Shown: piece after piece, positions 10,021-21,773 of the stretch
How positions within the stretch are numbered: position 1 is the first letter of the stretch
Layout of the letters: each line of letters begins with the position of its first letter
NCBI RefSeq assembly: GCF_965196975.1
Contig: NZ_OZ239981.1
Span: 366,374 to 398,373, forward strand
From: Endozoicomonas sp.
Lineage (GTDB): Bacteria > Pseudomonadota > Gammaproteobacteria > Pseudomonadales > Endozoicomonadaceae
Direction: 5' to 3'
DNA length: 32,000 nucleotides
The notes under the pieces: generated by a model
Database searches by the model: none
The model's input: the letters and a program-made list of their open reading frames with translations, nothing else
What the model was told of the DNA's origin: nothing
Translations under genes and position numbers: made by a program

Positions 10021-10562
10021 TGAAGCGCTTAACCTCCCGGTTGATCATTGCGCTGTCGACCATTTTGTTTATGGGGATGGCTTATGGTGTTATCGACTCC
10101 TATGAATTTTCGACACCTGAGCAGGAGCAGCGCTTCTTCGAACTGACCAATGAGCTGCGTTGTCCAAAGTGTCAAAACCAGTCCATAGCCGATTCTAATG
10201 CCCCCATTGCCCAGGATCTTCGGCGAGAAGTACACCGCCTGTTAAATGAAGGGGCAGACAACCAGACCGTTGTCGATTTTATGCTCGCGCGCTACGGTGA
10301 CTTTGTGCTTTACAAACCCCGTCTTTCAGGGGTGAACCTTGTGCTCTGGCTTGGGCCTCTGTTGCTGCTGCTGGCAGGTCTGACAGTGCTTGTTGTTGTC
10401 GTTCGCAAGCATAAAGCGGCTGTTGCAGAATCCTCACCGGCTGTTTCTGACGGACAGGGCGTCGAAGAGGAAGCGTTGCTGGATCAAAAGCTGAATAGAT
10501 TTCTGGCAGACTCGTTGAGCGAGCGTTCATCAGAAGATAAAGAAACGGATGGTAAGGAGTAA
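10017..10562 (+). CDS. ccmH: Cytochrome c-type biogenesis protein CcmH (CcmL-like)
   Basis: Signal peptide, LRCPKCQNQSIADSNAPIAQDLRREV, and MLARYGDFVLYKPRL. Confidence 0.94.
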   Translation: MMKRLTSRLIIALSTILFMGMAYGVIDSYEFSTPEQEQRFFELTNELRCPKCQNQSIADSNAPIAQDLRREVHRLLNEGADNQTVVDFMLARYGDFVLYKPRLSGVNLVLWLGPLLLLLAGLTVLVVVVRKHKAAVAESSPAVSDGQGVEEEALLDQKLNRFLADSLSERSSEDKETDGKE

Positions 10563-11737
10563 TGATGGAATTCTGGTTAGTTGCCGCATTGCTGATTGCC
10601 ATTGCTGTTCTGGTTTCTGTCTGGCCATTAATAAAACCAGCAGTGTCGGCTCCGGATGAGTGTGAATCTGAAGAGTCTGCCAACGTTGCCAGTTTTCGTG
10701 ATCAGATGGCAGATCTCGACTGGCAGCTCCAGCAGGGGCTGGTGTCAGCAGAAGAGGCGGAAAAGCTGAAGCTTGAATTAAAGAAAAAACTGGCTGATGA
10801 GATAGGGAATGAACCGCCAGCCAGTGCGTATTCCCTGTTGAAAAAGCCGGGGTTTGCACTGCTCATTGCACTGATTGTGCCTGTGTCCGCTGTACTCCTT
10901 TATTTTAAGCTGGGTGCAACCACTGAGATTGCGGTAGTCAACGCCATGAAAAATGGCCACCTCAATAGCGAACAGGTAGAAACCGTCCTTAAAGACTGGG
11001 TGGCCAAACGACCTGAGAATAATCAGGCGCTGTTCATGCTGGGCAGCCATTACCTGAGAGCAGGCAAGCTGGATGAAGCGGTTGAAACCTATCGACACCT
11101 TGCCAGTATCAGTAATGGGCATCCACAGGTAACCGCAGAGCTGGCTCAGGTATTGTTTTTAAGCAGCGATAATGTGGTGACACCTGAAATCCGGGAGCTT
11201 TATGAGCAGACACTGCTGAAGGAGAGTCAGAATACCACGGCACTAGGATTGAAGGGGATTGATGCCTTTTCCAATGGTAACTACCAGGAAGCGATTGCCG
11301 CCTGGCAGCTGGCGTTGACCTATGAAGTCGATCCGACAGCCCGGCAGTCGCTAAGTGCGGGTATTAATCAGGCTCGCTCAATGCTGGGTGATACCGTGGT
11401 TGCCCTTCGTGTCATGATTGATCTGGACCCTGAGATGGGGGAGCTACCGGATGATGCGCGAGTGGTGGTCTTTGCCCGCCCAGCCGGTGATGTCAAACAG
11501 CCTCCCGTGGTTGCTGTTCCGCTGAGTGTTAGAGACCTTCCCCGTGAAGTCGTGCTTGATGATAACAGTGCCATGATGATGGGCGGACAGCTGTTGTCAT
11601 CAATCGACAGTCTCGATATCACGGCGCGGATCAGCCTTACAGGCAATGTGATGTCCCCTGATTATCAGGTTCAGGCTAAAGGGGTGAAAACCACGGCAAC
11701 CGAGCCGGTCAGGCTTACCTTTACGCCGGCGGGGTAG
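10562..11737 (+). CDS. ccmI: Cytochrome c-type biogenesis protein CcmI (TPR domain)
   Basis: N-terminal TMs, FRDQMADLDWQLQQGLVSAEEAEKLKLELKKKL, TPR-like central region (ALFMLGSHYLRAGKLDEAVETYRHL), and position at the end of the ccm operon. Confidence 0.9.
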   Translation: MMEFWLVAALLIAIAVLVSVWPLIKPAVSAPDECESEESANVASFRDQMADLDWQLQQGLVSAEEAEKLKLELKKKLADEIGNEPPASAYSLLKKPGFALLIALIVPVSAVLLYFKLGATTEIAVVNAMKNGHLNSEQVETVLKDWVAKRPENNQALFMLGSHYLRAGKLDEAVETYRHLASISNGHPQVTAELAQVLFLSSDNVVTPEIRELYEQTLLKESQNTTALGLKGIDAFSNGNYQEAIAAWQLALTYEVDPTARQSLSAGINQARSMLGDTVVALRVMIDLDPEMGELPDDARVVVFARPAGDVKQPPVVAVPLSVRDLPREVVLDDNSAMMMGGQLLSSIDSLDITARISLTGNVMSPDYQVQAKGVKTTATEPVRLTFTPAG

Positions 11738-11797
11738 CCTGTAAGCATTTGAACTAAAGCGCTGCAAAGCAGTCTTAAATTATTAAAAATAATGGAA

Positions 11798-11836
11798 GTC
11801 GCCTTTTACATTTCGGAAAAGGCGACTTTTCTATTT
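11798..11836 (+). terminator. Rho-independent terminator downstream of ccmI
   Basis: Perfect 12-bp stem AAGTCGCCTTTT (11798-11809) / AAAAGGCGACTT (11819-11830), loop ACATTTCGG, followed by TTCTATTT. Confidence 0.8.
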
Positions 11837-12048
11837 ACTGTGTTAATGTGTAAGATCTGGATTGAAAGAAATATAAACTCTTTCAAATAAACGATTCGCT
11901 ATGACAAGGAACCGGAGCCCAAAGCAACATGCTATGAATGGTGGTTTTACCGGAGCATAAAGCCCCATAGCGTGAACTATTGGTCAGTATTCAGGCTTGT
12001 ATATTCTATACAGAGCCGGGCCCCGACAGTGAAGAGCTAAAGGAAACG

Positions 12049-15000
12049 ATGCGTTTAAAATCCATCAAACTGGCCGGATTCAAATCTTTTGTGGACCCAA
12101 CAACGGTTCACTTTCCCTCCAATATGTGCGGTGTTGTAGGCCCCAATGGTTGTGGAAAATCCAATGTTATCGATGCCGTCCGCTGGGTAATGGGGGAGTC
12201 TTCTGCCAAGCACCTGCGTGGCGAATCCATGACCGACGTTATTTTCAAAGGTTCCAATAGCCGAAAGCCTGCGAATCAGGCGATGGTAGAGTTGATTTTT
12301 GATAATAATGAGGGGCGGGTTACCGGTGAATTTGCCGCCTATCGCGAAATTTCTGTCAAGCGCACCCTTAATTCGGATGCCAAAAACACCTATTACCTCA
12401 ATGGCAGCAAATGCCGGCGCAAAGACGTTATGGATATATTCCTGGGCACCGGGCTTGGACCCAGAAGCTATGCCATTATCAGTCAGGGCATTATTTCCAA
12501 CCTGGTAGAGTCGAAACCGGATGAACTTCGAGTCTTTATTGAAGAAGCGGCTGGTATTTCCCGCTACAAAGAGCGCCGTCGTGAGACGGAAAACCGTATC
12601 CGCCGAACCAATGAAAACCTTGAGCGACTGACAGACCTGCGGGAAGAACTGGGGCGTCAGCTTGGCCATCTGCAACGTCAGGCTCAGGCGGCGGAAAAGT
12701 ACAAAGAGTACAAAGCTGAGGAGCGGCTTAAAAAGGCTCAGCTCCAGGCGTTGAAATGGCAAACCATCAATACTGGAGCTCAGTCCCAGGAACAGGCTAT
12801 CCGCGAGTTTGAGGTCCAGCTGGAAGCGGCGATCAGTCAACAGCGTTCGGCGGATGCCGCCATGGAAGACGATCGTGTCCAGCAGATGGAGCTGAGCGAT
12901 CGTTTTCATGAAGCTCAATCCAGCTATTACGGTACGGGTAATGAAGTTACCCGTATTGAACAGACCCTGCAGCATCGGGAAGAACGCTCCAGAGAGTTGA
13001 GTCGCGACCTTGAACAGGTGGAGCATAGCTGGGAAGAAGCCCGTGAACAGCTGGCGGATGATCAACAGCAGCTGGAAGCGTTTCAGGAAGAGCTGATTGA
13101 GCTGGAGCCGGAGCTGGCCATGCTGCAGGATCAGGAGTCGGACTCCGGTGATGTTCTGACTCAGGCAGAAGAGGCCATGCAGCGATGGCAGCAGGAGTGG
13201 GATAATTTCAATCAGCGATCCCATGAGCCAAAACGAACCGCTGAAGTTGAACAGTCCCGTATCAATCATGCCGAGCAGGTGATGGGGCGTTTGCAGGAAC
13301 GGGAAGGGCGTCTGAAAGAAGAGTCAGCCGCTCTGGGTGGCACTGAAGATCAGGAGGAGATGACCCTTCTGTCGGAAAAGCTGACCGAACTTGAGTTGAC
13401 GGCAGAAACCGTTGAGCTGCGTATTGAAGAGTGTGTCGAAGCGGTTGAGCAGCAGCGTGATCAGGTACAGAACCTGACGGCTGAGCTGGAAAACAACCGG
13501 GATGAACTCAGCATGGTGCGTGGTCGACACGCATCTCTGGAAGCCTTGCATCAGGCATCACTGCATCAGGATACAGGAACCATTGAGTGGCTTGAGCAGC
13601 ATCAGCTTAATGAACATACCCGCTTGATGGATAAGCTTCAGGTAGATACTGGCTGGGAACGTTCAGTCGAAACTGTACTGGGCGACAGTCTGCAGGCAGT
13701 CTGTCTGGATAGCCTTGATCCAGTGGCTGATGCGCTGGGTGCGTTAGAACAGGGATCTCTGGTCCTGTTGGAGGCAGGTACCAACCATCGGTATTCTCCT
13801 TCGTTAAGTGAGCTGCCACTGCTGACAGACAAAGTGATCAATGGTCAGGAAGCTCTGCCCCTGTTGGCAGGCATCTATGCTGCGGATTCACTGGAAGCAG
13901 CGCTTTCCCTTCGTTCAAAACTCCAGTCGGGTGAATCGATCATCACGTCGGATGGAATTTGGCTCTCTTCCGGCTGGCTGCGGGTTAACCGAGGTGTTGA
14001 TAATAATGCCGGTGTTCTGGAGCGCCAGAAGGAAATGGATGCTCTGGGTGAAAAGCTGATCACTCTGGAAGAAAACAGTCAGCTATTGAAAGAGCAGCTT
14101 GAGAGCGCAAGAGGAAAGCTTGAACAGCACGAGTCCCAGAGGGAACAGCTGCAGAAGCAACTGTCCGATTTAAATAGGAACCAAGGTGAGGTTCGGGCTG
14201 ACCTCGGCGCTCGAAAGGTCAGGCTTGAACAGTTCTCTGAGCGTCGTCGACGCCTTGAGCATGAGCTGCAGGAAGTCAGGGAACAATATGAGCTGGAACA
14301 GGAAGTGATTGGTGAGTCCCGAATGCGCCTGCAGGAAGCGCTGGACCATATGGAAGAAGACATTGGTCGTCGGGAAGCGATGCAGGAGCAGCGTGAGAAG
14401 CTGCAGACCCGTCTTGAGGAGGTGCGTCATCAGGCTCGTTTTGATAAAGAGCGGGCTCATCAGCTTGCTCTGCGCCAGCAATCCATCAATACCCAGATTG
14501 CTTCTTTGAAGGCAGCGATTGAGCGTTTAAGCCAGCAGTCTACCAAGCTCCGGGAGCGACGGGAGTTTATCAGGGAGTCCATGTCAGAATCCAACTCTCC
14601 AGAAGGTGATCTGCGGGAACAGCTGGAGGAAATGCTGGCCAGACGCCTTGAGGAAGAAGAAGCGATGCAGCAGGCGCGGATGGCGCTTGAAGAGGTGGAA
14701 CAGCGAATTCGAGCCGGAGAGAAGGTTCGCCACAGTGCAGAACAGCAAGCTCAGAAAGTTCGGGAGCAACTGGAAAAACTGAGGATGGACTGGCAGGGGA
14801 TGCAGGTTCGTCGAACAACATTGGCTGAACAATTGAAAGAAGATCAGTTTGATCTGGAAACAGTGCTTGAGAACCTTCCGGATGATGCTTCCGAGCAGCA
14901 ATGGGAGCAGGAACTTGAGCGGATCGCTGCACGAATTGAGCGCTTGGGTGCCATCAACCTGGCAGCTATTGAAGAGTACGAAACCCAGTCGGAGCGAAAG

Positions 15001-15558
15001 CAGTATCTGGATGCCCAGAATGACGATCTGGAGTCTGCTCTCAATACGCTGGAAAATGCCATTCGCAAGATTGACAAGGAGACTCGTCAACGATTTAAGA
15101 TGACTTTCGATAAGGTCAATACGGGGCTTCAGGAGTTGTTCCCTAGGGTCTTTGGTGGTGGTCAGGCGTATCTGGCGTTAACCGGTGAAGATCTGCTGGA
15201 TACTGGGGTCGCTATAATGGCCCAGCCGCCCGGAAAGAAAAACAGCACCATTCACCTGCTTTCCGGGGGTGAAAAGGCGCTGACGGCTATCGCACTGGTA
15301 TTTGCCATCTTCCAGTTGAATCCGTCGCCCTTCTGTATGCTGGATGAGGTTGACGCCCCTTTGGACGATGCCAACGTTGGGCGGTATGCCAAAATGGTTT
15401 CTGAAATGAGTGATAAAGTGCAGTTTGTTTACATCACTCACAACAAAATCGCCATGCAGGCCGCCAGCCAGCTGGTAGGTGTTACCATGCATGAGCCCGG
15501 GGTGTCCAGACCAGTATCGGTGGATATTGAGCAGGCCGCGGCAATGGCTGAGTTGTAA
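12049..15558 (+). CDS. smc: Chromosome segregation protein SMC
   Basis: MRLKSIKLAGFKSFVDPTTVHF, Walker A GPNGCGKSN, long coiled coils, a hinge region, C-terminal signature HLLSGGEKALTAIA, and Walker B PFCMLDEVDAPLDDANVGR. ATG at 12049 is preferred to the track start at 11980. Confidence 0.97.
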   Translation: MRLKSIKLAGFKSFVDPTTVHFPSNMCGVVGPNGCGKSNVIDAVRWVMGESSAKHLRGESMTDVIFKGSNSRKPANQAMVELIFDNNEGRVTGEFAAYREISVKRTLNSDAKNTYYLNGSKCRRKDVMDIFLGTGLGPRSYAIISQGIISNLVESKPDELRVFIEEAAGISRYKERRRETENRIRRTNENLERLTDLREELGRQLGHLQRQAQAAEKYKEYKAEERLKKAQLQALKWQTINTGAQSQEQAIREFEVQLEAAISQQRSADAAMEDDRVQQMELSDRFHEAQSSYYGTGNEVTRIEQTLQHREERSRELSRDLEQVEHSWEEAREQLADDQQQLEAFQEELIELEPELAMLQDQESDSGDVLTQAEEAMQRWQQEWDNFNQRSHEPKRTAEVEQSRINHAEQVMGRLQEREGRLKEESAALGGTEDQEEMTLLSEKLTELELTAETVELRIEECVEAVEQQRDQVQNLTAELENNRDELSMVRGRHASLEALHQASLHQDTGTIEWLEQHQLNEHTRLMDKLQVDTGWERSVETVLGDSLQAVCLDSLDPVADALGALEQGSLVLLEAGTNHRYSPSLSELPLLTDKVINGQEALPLLAGIYAADSLEAALSLRSKLQSGESIITSDGIWLSSGWLRVNRGVDNNAGVLERQKEMDALGEKLITLEENSQLLKEQLESARGKLEQHESQREQLQKQLSDLNRNQGEVRADLGARKVRLEQFSERRRRLEHELQEVREQYELEQEVIGESRMRLQEALDHMEEDIGRREAMQEQREKLQTRLEEVRHQARFDKERAHQLALRQQSINTQIASLKAAIERLSQQSTKLRERREFIRESMSESNSPEGDLREQLEEMLARRLEEEEAMQQARMALEEVEQRIRAGEKVRHSAEQQAQKVREQLEKLRMDWQGMQVRRTTLAEQLKEDQFDLETVLENLPDDASEQQWEQELERIAARIERLGAINLAAIEEYETQSERKQYLDAQNDDLESALNTLENAIRKIDKETRQRFKMTFDKVNTGLQELFPRVFGGGQAYLALTGEDLLDTGVAIMAQPPGKKNSTIHLLSGGEKALTAIALVFAIFQLNPSPFCMLDEVDAPLDDANVGRYAKMVSEMSDKVQFVYITHNKIAMQAASQLVGVTMHEPGVSRPVSVDIEQAAAMAEL

Positions 15559-15592
15559 GTACCCATAGTGGGATGCTTAAGAGTTGGATAAA

Positions 15593-15653
15593 TAAGCTAT
15601 GACTTTGACATTACGCAGTCTATAAAGCGCGTAAAGTAAGTGTTCATAGCTTA
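15593..15653. other. Nested dyad in the smc-zipA intergenic region
   Basis: Outer arms TAAGCTATGA (15593-15602) / TCATAGCTTA (15644-15653). Inner arms TTACGC (15611-15616) / GCGTAA (15629-15634). Confidence 0.5.
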
Positions 15654-15828
15654 ATTTGTTATTTTTTTATTGTAATATTGCAACGTTGGCCGATTGCAGC
15701 AGTAATTAATGCAGATGTGATAAATGACAGTGGTCTATTTTTTATAATGGTTATTGTCATATAGTGTTATCACAGGGAAGCAGACTGTAATTCGGGCGTT
15801 GTTTCAAGGTCTACAGGGCAGCAAGGAC

Positions 15829-17031
15829 ATGAGTTTGCGAGAATGGCTAATACTCATAGGAATACTGGTAATCGCCGGCGTTTTGGTTGACGGTTATCGC
15901 AGGATGCGACTGGCCAGAAAAAGGTCATCGGAAATCAGCTTTGGTCTGGAGGAGGTCAAAGGCTATGACGATGATTTTTCCAGTGAACTGCCCAATGGTG
16001 GTGCCCGGCCCAGCTCTCTGAAGGAAGCTCTTCTGAAAGAAGGGTTTGCCAAAAAGGATCCCGCCAGAACTCGTGTTGAACCCGGGTTTTCAGGGGGGGA
16101 TTATTCCGATGGCTACTCAGAAGAGCCTGTTGAAGAAGTGCCCGTTTATCCTGAATCGTTGAGACAGCGTCACCATCACACAACCGAAGAAGATGAATTA
16201 CACGCTGAGGAAAGCTCAGTCAGGGACTCTACTTCTGGGGAAAAAGTGAGGACCCAAAGGGCGCTTGATCTGGATGAGCCTGTGCCGGTACTCATGAATC
16301 TGGATGAGTCTCAGCAACCCTCAAGAAGCAAACGCTTTTCATCCGCTGGGGATAAGTTGCCAGCTGAAGACTTCTCACAAGCGGAAGGATCAGACCGATC
16401 TGTTCGCTCACGTGAAGCGTCCAGACTGGATGCTGAGCCGGAAGAAATTGTCGGTCGCCCAAGAGTGGCAGCCAGCCAGGGTAAGGCCCCAATTCAGGAG
16501 CGTGACGTTTCGGCCAGAGAGAGTTCGAACCCGCAGAAAGAACTCAACCTGGGAGGGCGTGAAAAAGCCGAGAAGTTAAAAGACCGTCCACCTGCCAGTG
16601 AAGTGATTGTCATCAATGTGCTGTCAAAAGGAGGTGGTATTTTCGCGGGTGAACAGCTGATGCAGTCCATGCTGTCGTCAGGCATGCGCTTTGGTGATAT
16701 GTCGATCTTCCATCGATATGCGAATGCCGATGGTACCGGAAAGATTTTATTCAGTATGGCAAACGGTGTTAAGCCAGGCACCTTTACCATCGATAATCTG
16801 GAAGCCACTGAAACGCCGGCGTTGAGCCTGTTCATGAGTCTGCCGGGGCCAGAAAAACCCATGCAGGCATTTGCCCTGATGGAAGAGACTGCACGTCGTC
16901 TTGCCCTTGATCTGGGTGGAGAACTGAAAGATGAACAGTTCAGCGTGATGACTCAGCAGACCCTTGAACACTGTCGTCAGCGTATTCGTGAATATGAACG
17001 CAAGCAGCTGGCGAAACAGCCGGTGCATTGA
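15829..17031 (+). CDS. zipA: Cell division protein ZipA
   Basis: N-terminal TM (MSLREWLILIGILVIAGVLVDGYRRMR), acidic/variable linker, and C-terminal FtsZ-binding domain (VIVINVLSKGGGIFAGEQLMQSMLSSGMRFGDMSIFHRY...). It lies between smc and ligA, as in many gammaproteobacteria. Confidence 0.93.
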   Translation: MSLREWLILIGILVIAGVLVDGYRRMRLARKRSSEISFGLEEVKGYDDDFSSELPNGGARPSSLKEALLKEGFAKKDPARTRVEPGFSGGDYSDGYSEEPVEEVPVYPESLRQRHHHTTEEDELHAEESSVRDSTSGEKVRTQRALDLDEPVPVLMNLDESQQPSRSKRFSSAGDKLPAEDFSQAEGSDRSVRSREASRLDAEPEEIVGRPRVAASQGKAPIQERDVSARESSNPQKELNLGGREKAEKLKDRPPASEVIVINVLSKGGGIFAGEQLMQSMLSSGMRFGDMSIFHRYANADGTGKILFSMANGVKPGTFTIDNLEATETPALSLFMSLPGPEKPMQAFALMEETARRLALDLGGELKDEQFSVMTQQTLEHCRQRIREYERKQLAKQPVH

Positions 17032-17090
17032 TACTCCTGTGGGCGGGCTATAGCCATTCAGGGTGAAGCCAGCGGCCTGATGTTTTCTTC

Positions 17091-19180
<2,090 letters not shown>

Positions 19181-19210
19181 TGCCTGCCTGCGGCAGTTTG
19201 ATTTGAGTTG

Positions 19211-19314
19211 AACCCCGGAGTTCACAAAGTTCCGATAGACACTCCTGAAAGTCGGAATTGATCAAGTGGAATAAAGCTTATCTTTTCTCTGTGTGCTTTG
19301 TGATCTCAGTGGTT
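19211..19314. repeat. Degenerate inverted repeat related to the 26898-26964 palindrome
   Basis: AACCCCGGAGTTCACAAAG (19211-19229) pairs with CTTTGTGATCTCAGTGGTT (19296-19314), 16 of 19 positions complementary. The wording resembles ACCACAAAGG...ACACAAAG at 26898. Confidence 0.45.
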
Positions 19315-19337
19315 GAAATTAGGAGGATGGCAGCTGA

Positions 19338-19919
19338 ATGTCAAACCTGAGCCGAAAGCTGTTTGTTTTGATCGTGTCTGCAGTACTGGCAGGCTGTGCC
19401 ACCAAGGCACCACCACAGAAACCCCACAATCTTTGCAGTGTGTTCAAAGAAAAACGCAGTTGGTATAAAGACGCCAAAAAATCCAACCAGCGCTGGGGTA
19501 CCCCCATTCAGATCATGATGGCCATTATGTATCAGGAGTCATCCTATCGGCACGATGCTCAGCCTCCACGTCCATGGTTTCTTTTCATTCCATTACCTCG
19601 TGACTCTTCCGCCTATGGTTACTCGCAGGCACAGGATGGCACCTGGGATCAATACGTCAGAGAAGCCGGAGGTTTTTTCTCCAGCCGAAAAGATTTTGGC
19701 GACTCTATCGACTTTATTGGCTGGTATACCCACAAGTCCCGCAAGATTAATGGAACTTCACTCTGGGCAGCGGACCATCAGTACCTGAATTACCATGAAG
19801 GCTGGTATGGTTATCGCAAGGGAACTCACAAGAAAAAGAAATGGCTGCTGAATACTGCCGGTACGGTTAAACGAAGAGCCAGTGACTATGGTGAGCAGTT
19901 GCGTCGGTGTGGACTGTAA
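19338..19919 (+). CDS. Predicted lipoprotein with lysozyme/SLT transglycosylase-like domain
   Basis: Lipobox VLAGC. IMMAIMYQESSYRHDAQPP...GYSQAQDGTWDQY resembles the goose-lysozyme/SLT catalytic region. Confidence 0.75.
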   Translation: MSNLSRKLFVLIVSAVLAGCATKAPPQKPHNLCSVFKEKRSWYKDAKKSNQRWGTPIQIMMAIMYQESSYRHDAQPPRPWFLFIPLPRDSSAYGYSQAQDGTWDQYVREAGGFFSSRKDFGDSIDFIGWYTHKSRKINGTSLWAADHQYLNYHEGWYGYRKGTHKKKKWLLNTAGTVKRRASDYGEQLRRCGL

Positions 19920-19951
19920 AGCCATTAGTGAAATTGATTGTTTAAAGCTTA

Positions 19952-19959
19952 ATCCGGTG
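19952..19959. repeat. Left target-site duplication ATCCGGTG of the outer IS66 element
   Basis: The identical 8-mer is at 23152-23159, directly abutting the opposite IS end. Confidence 0.93.
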
Positions 19960-20048
19960 GTAACTATTCAGCACCCTTCATATAAATCTGGAATTTTCTG
20001 ATTTTTCGACCATCATCTTATACTCAATTTTTCTAACAAATCTCCAGT

Positions 20049-20216
20049 ATGGAACCAGACTTCCCAGCTACTCCGTTTACCGAAGCTCTCCTTAAAGAGA
20101 ATGAAGAGCTTCGGACCGAGAATGCGCTTTTACGGGAACGTTGCAGCGAACTGGAAGAAAGGGTTAATAAAAACGTAACTATTCAGCACCCTTCATATAA
20201 ATCTGGAATTTTCTGA
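20049..20216 (+). pseudogene. Truncated N-terminal fragment (42 codons plus read-through) of the outer IS66 transposase
   Basis: MEPDFPATPFTEALLKENEELRTENALLRERCSELEERVNKN, then VTIQHPSYKSGIF* encoded by the left end of the inner copy. Confidence 0.9.
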
Positions 20217-21773
20217 TTTTTCGACCATCATCTTATACTCAATTTTTCTAACAAATCTCCAGTATGGAACCAGACTTCCCAGCTACTCCGTTTACCGAAG
20301 CTCTCCTTAAAGAGAATGAAGAGCTTCGGACCGAGAATGCGCTTTTACGGGAACGTTGCAGCGAACTGGAAGAAAGGGTTAATAAAAACAGTCAAAACAG
20401 TAGTAAGCCACCATCGTCAGATGGTTATCAAAAGCCCAGTAAAAAAGGGAGTGATAAAGGTGATACATCTTCCAAAGAAGCCCCCTGCTCCTCACAGGAA
20501 ACACCGAACCCCAAAAGCCTTAGACCATCTTCAGGCAATAAACCAGGTGGCCAGAAAGGTCATCAAGGCTCTTGTTTGAGACGTGTCGCCTTACCCGATT
20601 ATGTCAGGCATCTGAAGGTTGAAAAATGTTGCTGTTGCCAGTCTTCGCTTATCGATATTAAACCCACCAAATACATTGAGCGACAGGTTTTTGATCCAGG
20701 TAGACCCGGAGAATTTGAAGTTACCGCGTACTGGGCAGACGTTAAAGTATGTCCTTGTGGTAAACGGAACACCGCTGAGTTTCCCCAAGGAGTGAAAGCC
20801 GCTGCTCAATACGGAGAAGTGACTCAGGCAATGGCTGTTCATTTAAACCAGTATCACTTCATCCCATATCACCGGGTGTCTGAGTATTTCAATACTATTT
20901 ATTGCATGAGTGTCAGCGCAGGCTCTGTTGCCAATTTTGTTGCCTATACCCATGAGAACCTGGCCTCTACTGAGCAGAGTATCCGCGATGCTTTACAAGA
21001 AAGTCCGGTTGCAGGAGCGGATGAAACTGGCATGCGGGTTGACGGTTCACTGTGGTGGTTACACATTATGCGAGATGACCAATGGACGCTTTACTACCTC
21101 TCAGAAAGGCGAGGTTGTGAAGCAATGGATGCAATGGGCATCCTGCTGACTTTTGCAGGCATTCTGGTTCACGATCATTGGAAGTCCTACTTTGCCTATG
21201 CGGCAGTGCATGTGCTTTGTAATGCCCATCATCTGAGAGAGCTTCAGGGAGTTGTCGATAGGGATGCGAATAAGCTGGCTCTGCGGCTGATGAAATTGCT
21301 TACGCTCTCCTGGCACTTCTGCAAGAAATACAAAGCAGCCGGTCTGACTCAAATGCCTGGTGCAATACAGCTTCGCATTGAGACGATATACGACCAAATC
21401 CTTCAAAGGGCTCTCACGAAGGAAACCGCTTATATGGAAAAACAACGACAGGTGCTTGGACGTAAGAAGGTCAGGAATACCAAGGCCTACAACCTGTTCA
21501 AAAGGCTTATTGAGTTTAAGGTTGAAACGTTGCGCTTCATGTCGGACTTTTCAATTCCCTTCGATAACAATGGCAGTGAACGTGATGCCAGGATGGCCAA
21601 ACTTAAGCAGAAGATCTCAGGCTGCTTCAGAAGCGAAGACGGAGGTACCATGTTTACCCGAATCCGAAGCTATTTATCATCTGCTAAAAAGCAGGGGTTG
21701 AACATATTTCAGGCGCTTCTTAAAGCGGTTCGAAATTACAACAATACGCCTTTGCTGGGTGCTGAATAGTTAC
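20175..21773 (+). mobile_element. Complete inner IS66-family element, 1599 bp, single ORF (tnpC only)
   Basis: Perfect 17-bp terminal IRs GTAACTATTCAGCACCC at 20175-20191 / GGGTGCTGAATAGTTAC at 21757-21773. Confidence 0.95.
20264..21769 (+). CDS. IS66-family transposase (TnpC), complete
   Basis: 501 aa. Leucine-rich coiled-coil N-terminus, NSSKPPSSDG motif, CxCG zinc-like region and DDE core. The TAG stop lies within the right IR. Confidence 0.96.
   Translation: MEPDFPATPFTEALLKENEELRTENALLRERCSELEERVNKNSQNSSKPPSSDGYQKPSKKGSDKGDTSSKEAPCSSQETPNPKSLRPSSGNKPGGQKGHQGSCLRRVALPDYVRHLKVEKCCCCQSSLIDIKPTKYIERQVFDPGRPGEFEVTAYWADVKVCPCGKRNTAEFPQGVKAAAQYGEVTQAMAVHLNQYHFIPYHRVSEYFNTIYCMSVSAGSVANFVAYTHENLASTEQSIRDALQESPVAGADETGMRVDGSLWWLHIMRDDQWTLYYLSERRGCEAMDAMGILLTFAGILVHDHWKSYFAYAAVHVLCNAHHLRELQGVVDRDANKLALRLMKLLTLSWHFCKKYKAAGLTQMPGAIQLRIETIYDQILQRALTKETAYMEKQRQVLGRKKVRNTKAYNLFKRLIEFKVETLRFMSDFSIPFDNNGSERDARMAKLKQKISGCFRSEDGGTMFTRIRSYLSSAKKQGLNIFQALLKAVRNYNNTPLLGAE

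Noticed and set aside
11911-11975. Two short direct repeats ACCGGAGC...AAAGC in the ccmI-smc gap (11911 and 11949)
   Set aside because: The similarity is short and imperfect with only two units. Without conservation data it is not distinguishable from chance or a minor regulatory motif.
12055-13269. 404-aa minus-strand ORF opposite smc and several other long antisense ORFs there
   Set aside because: They overlap the strongly supported smc CDS, have low-complexity leucine-rich translations, and show no recognisable domains. They are explained by codon bias of the sense gene.
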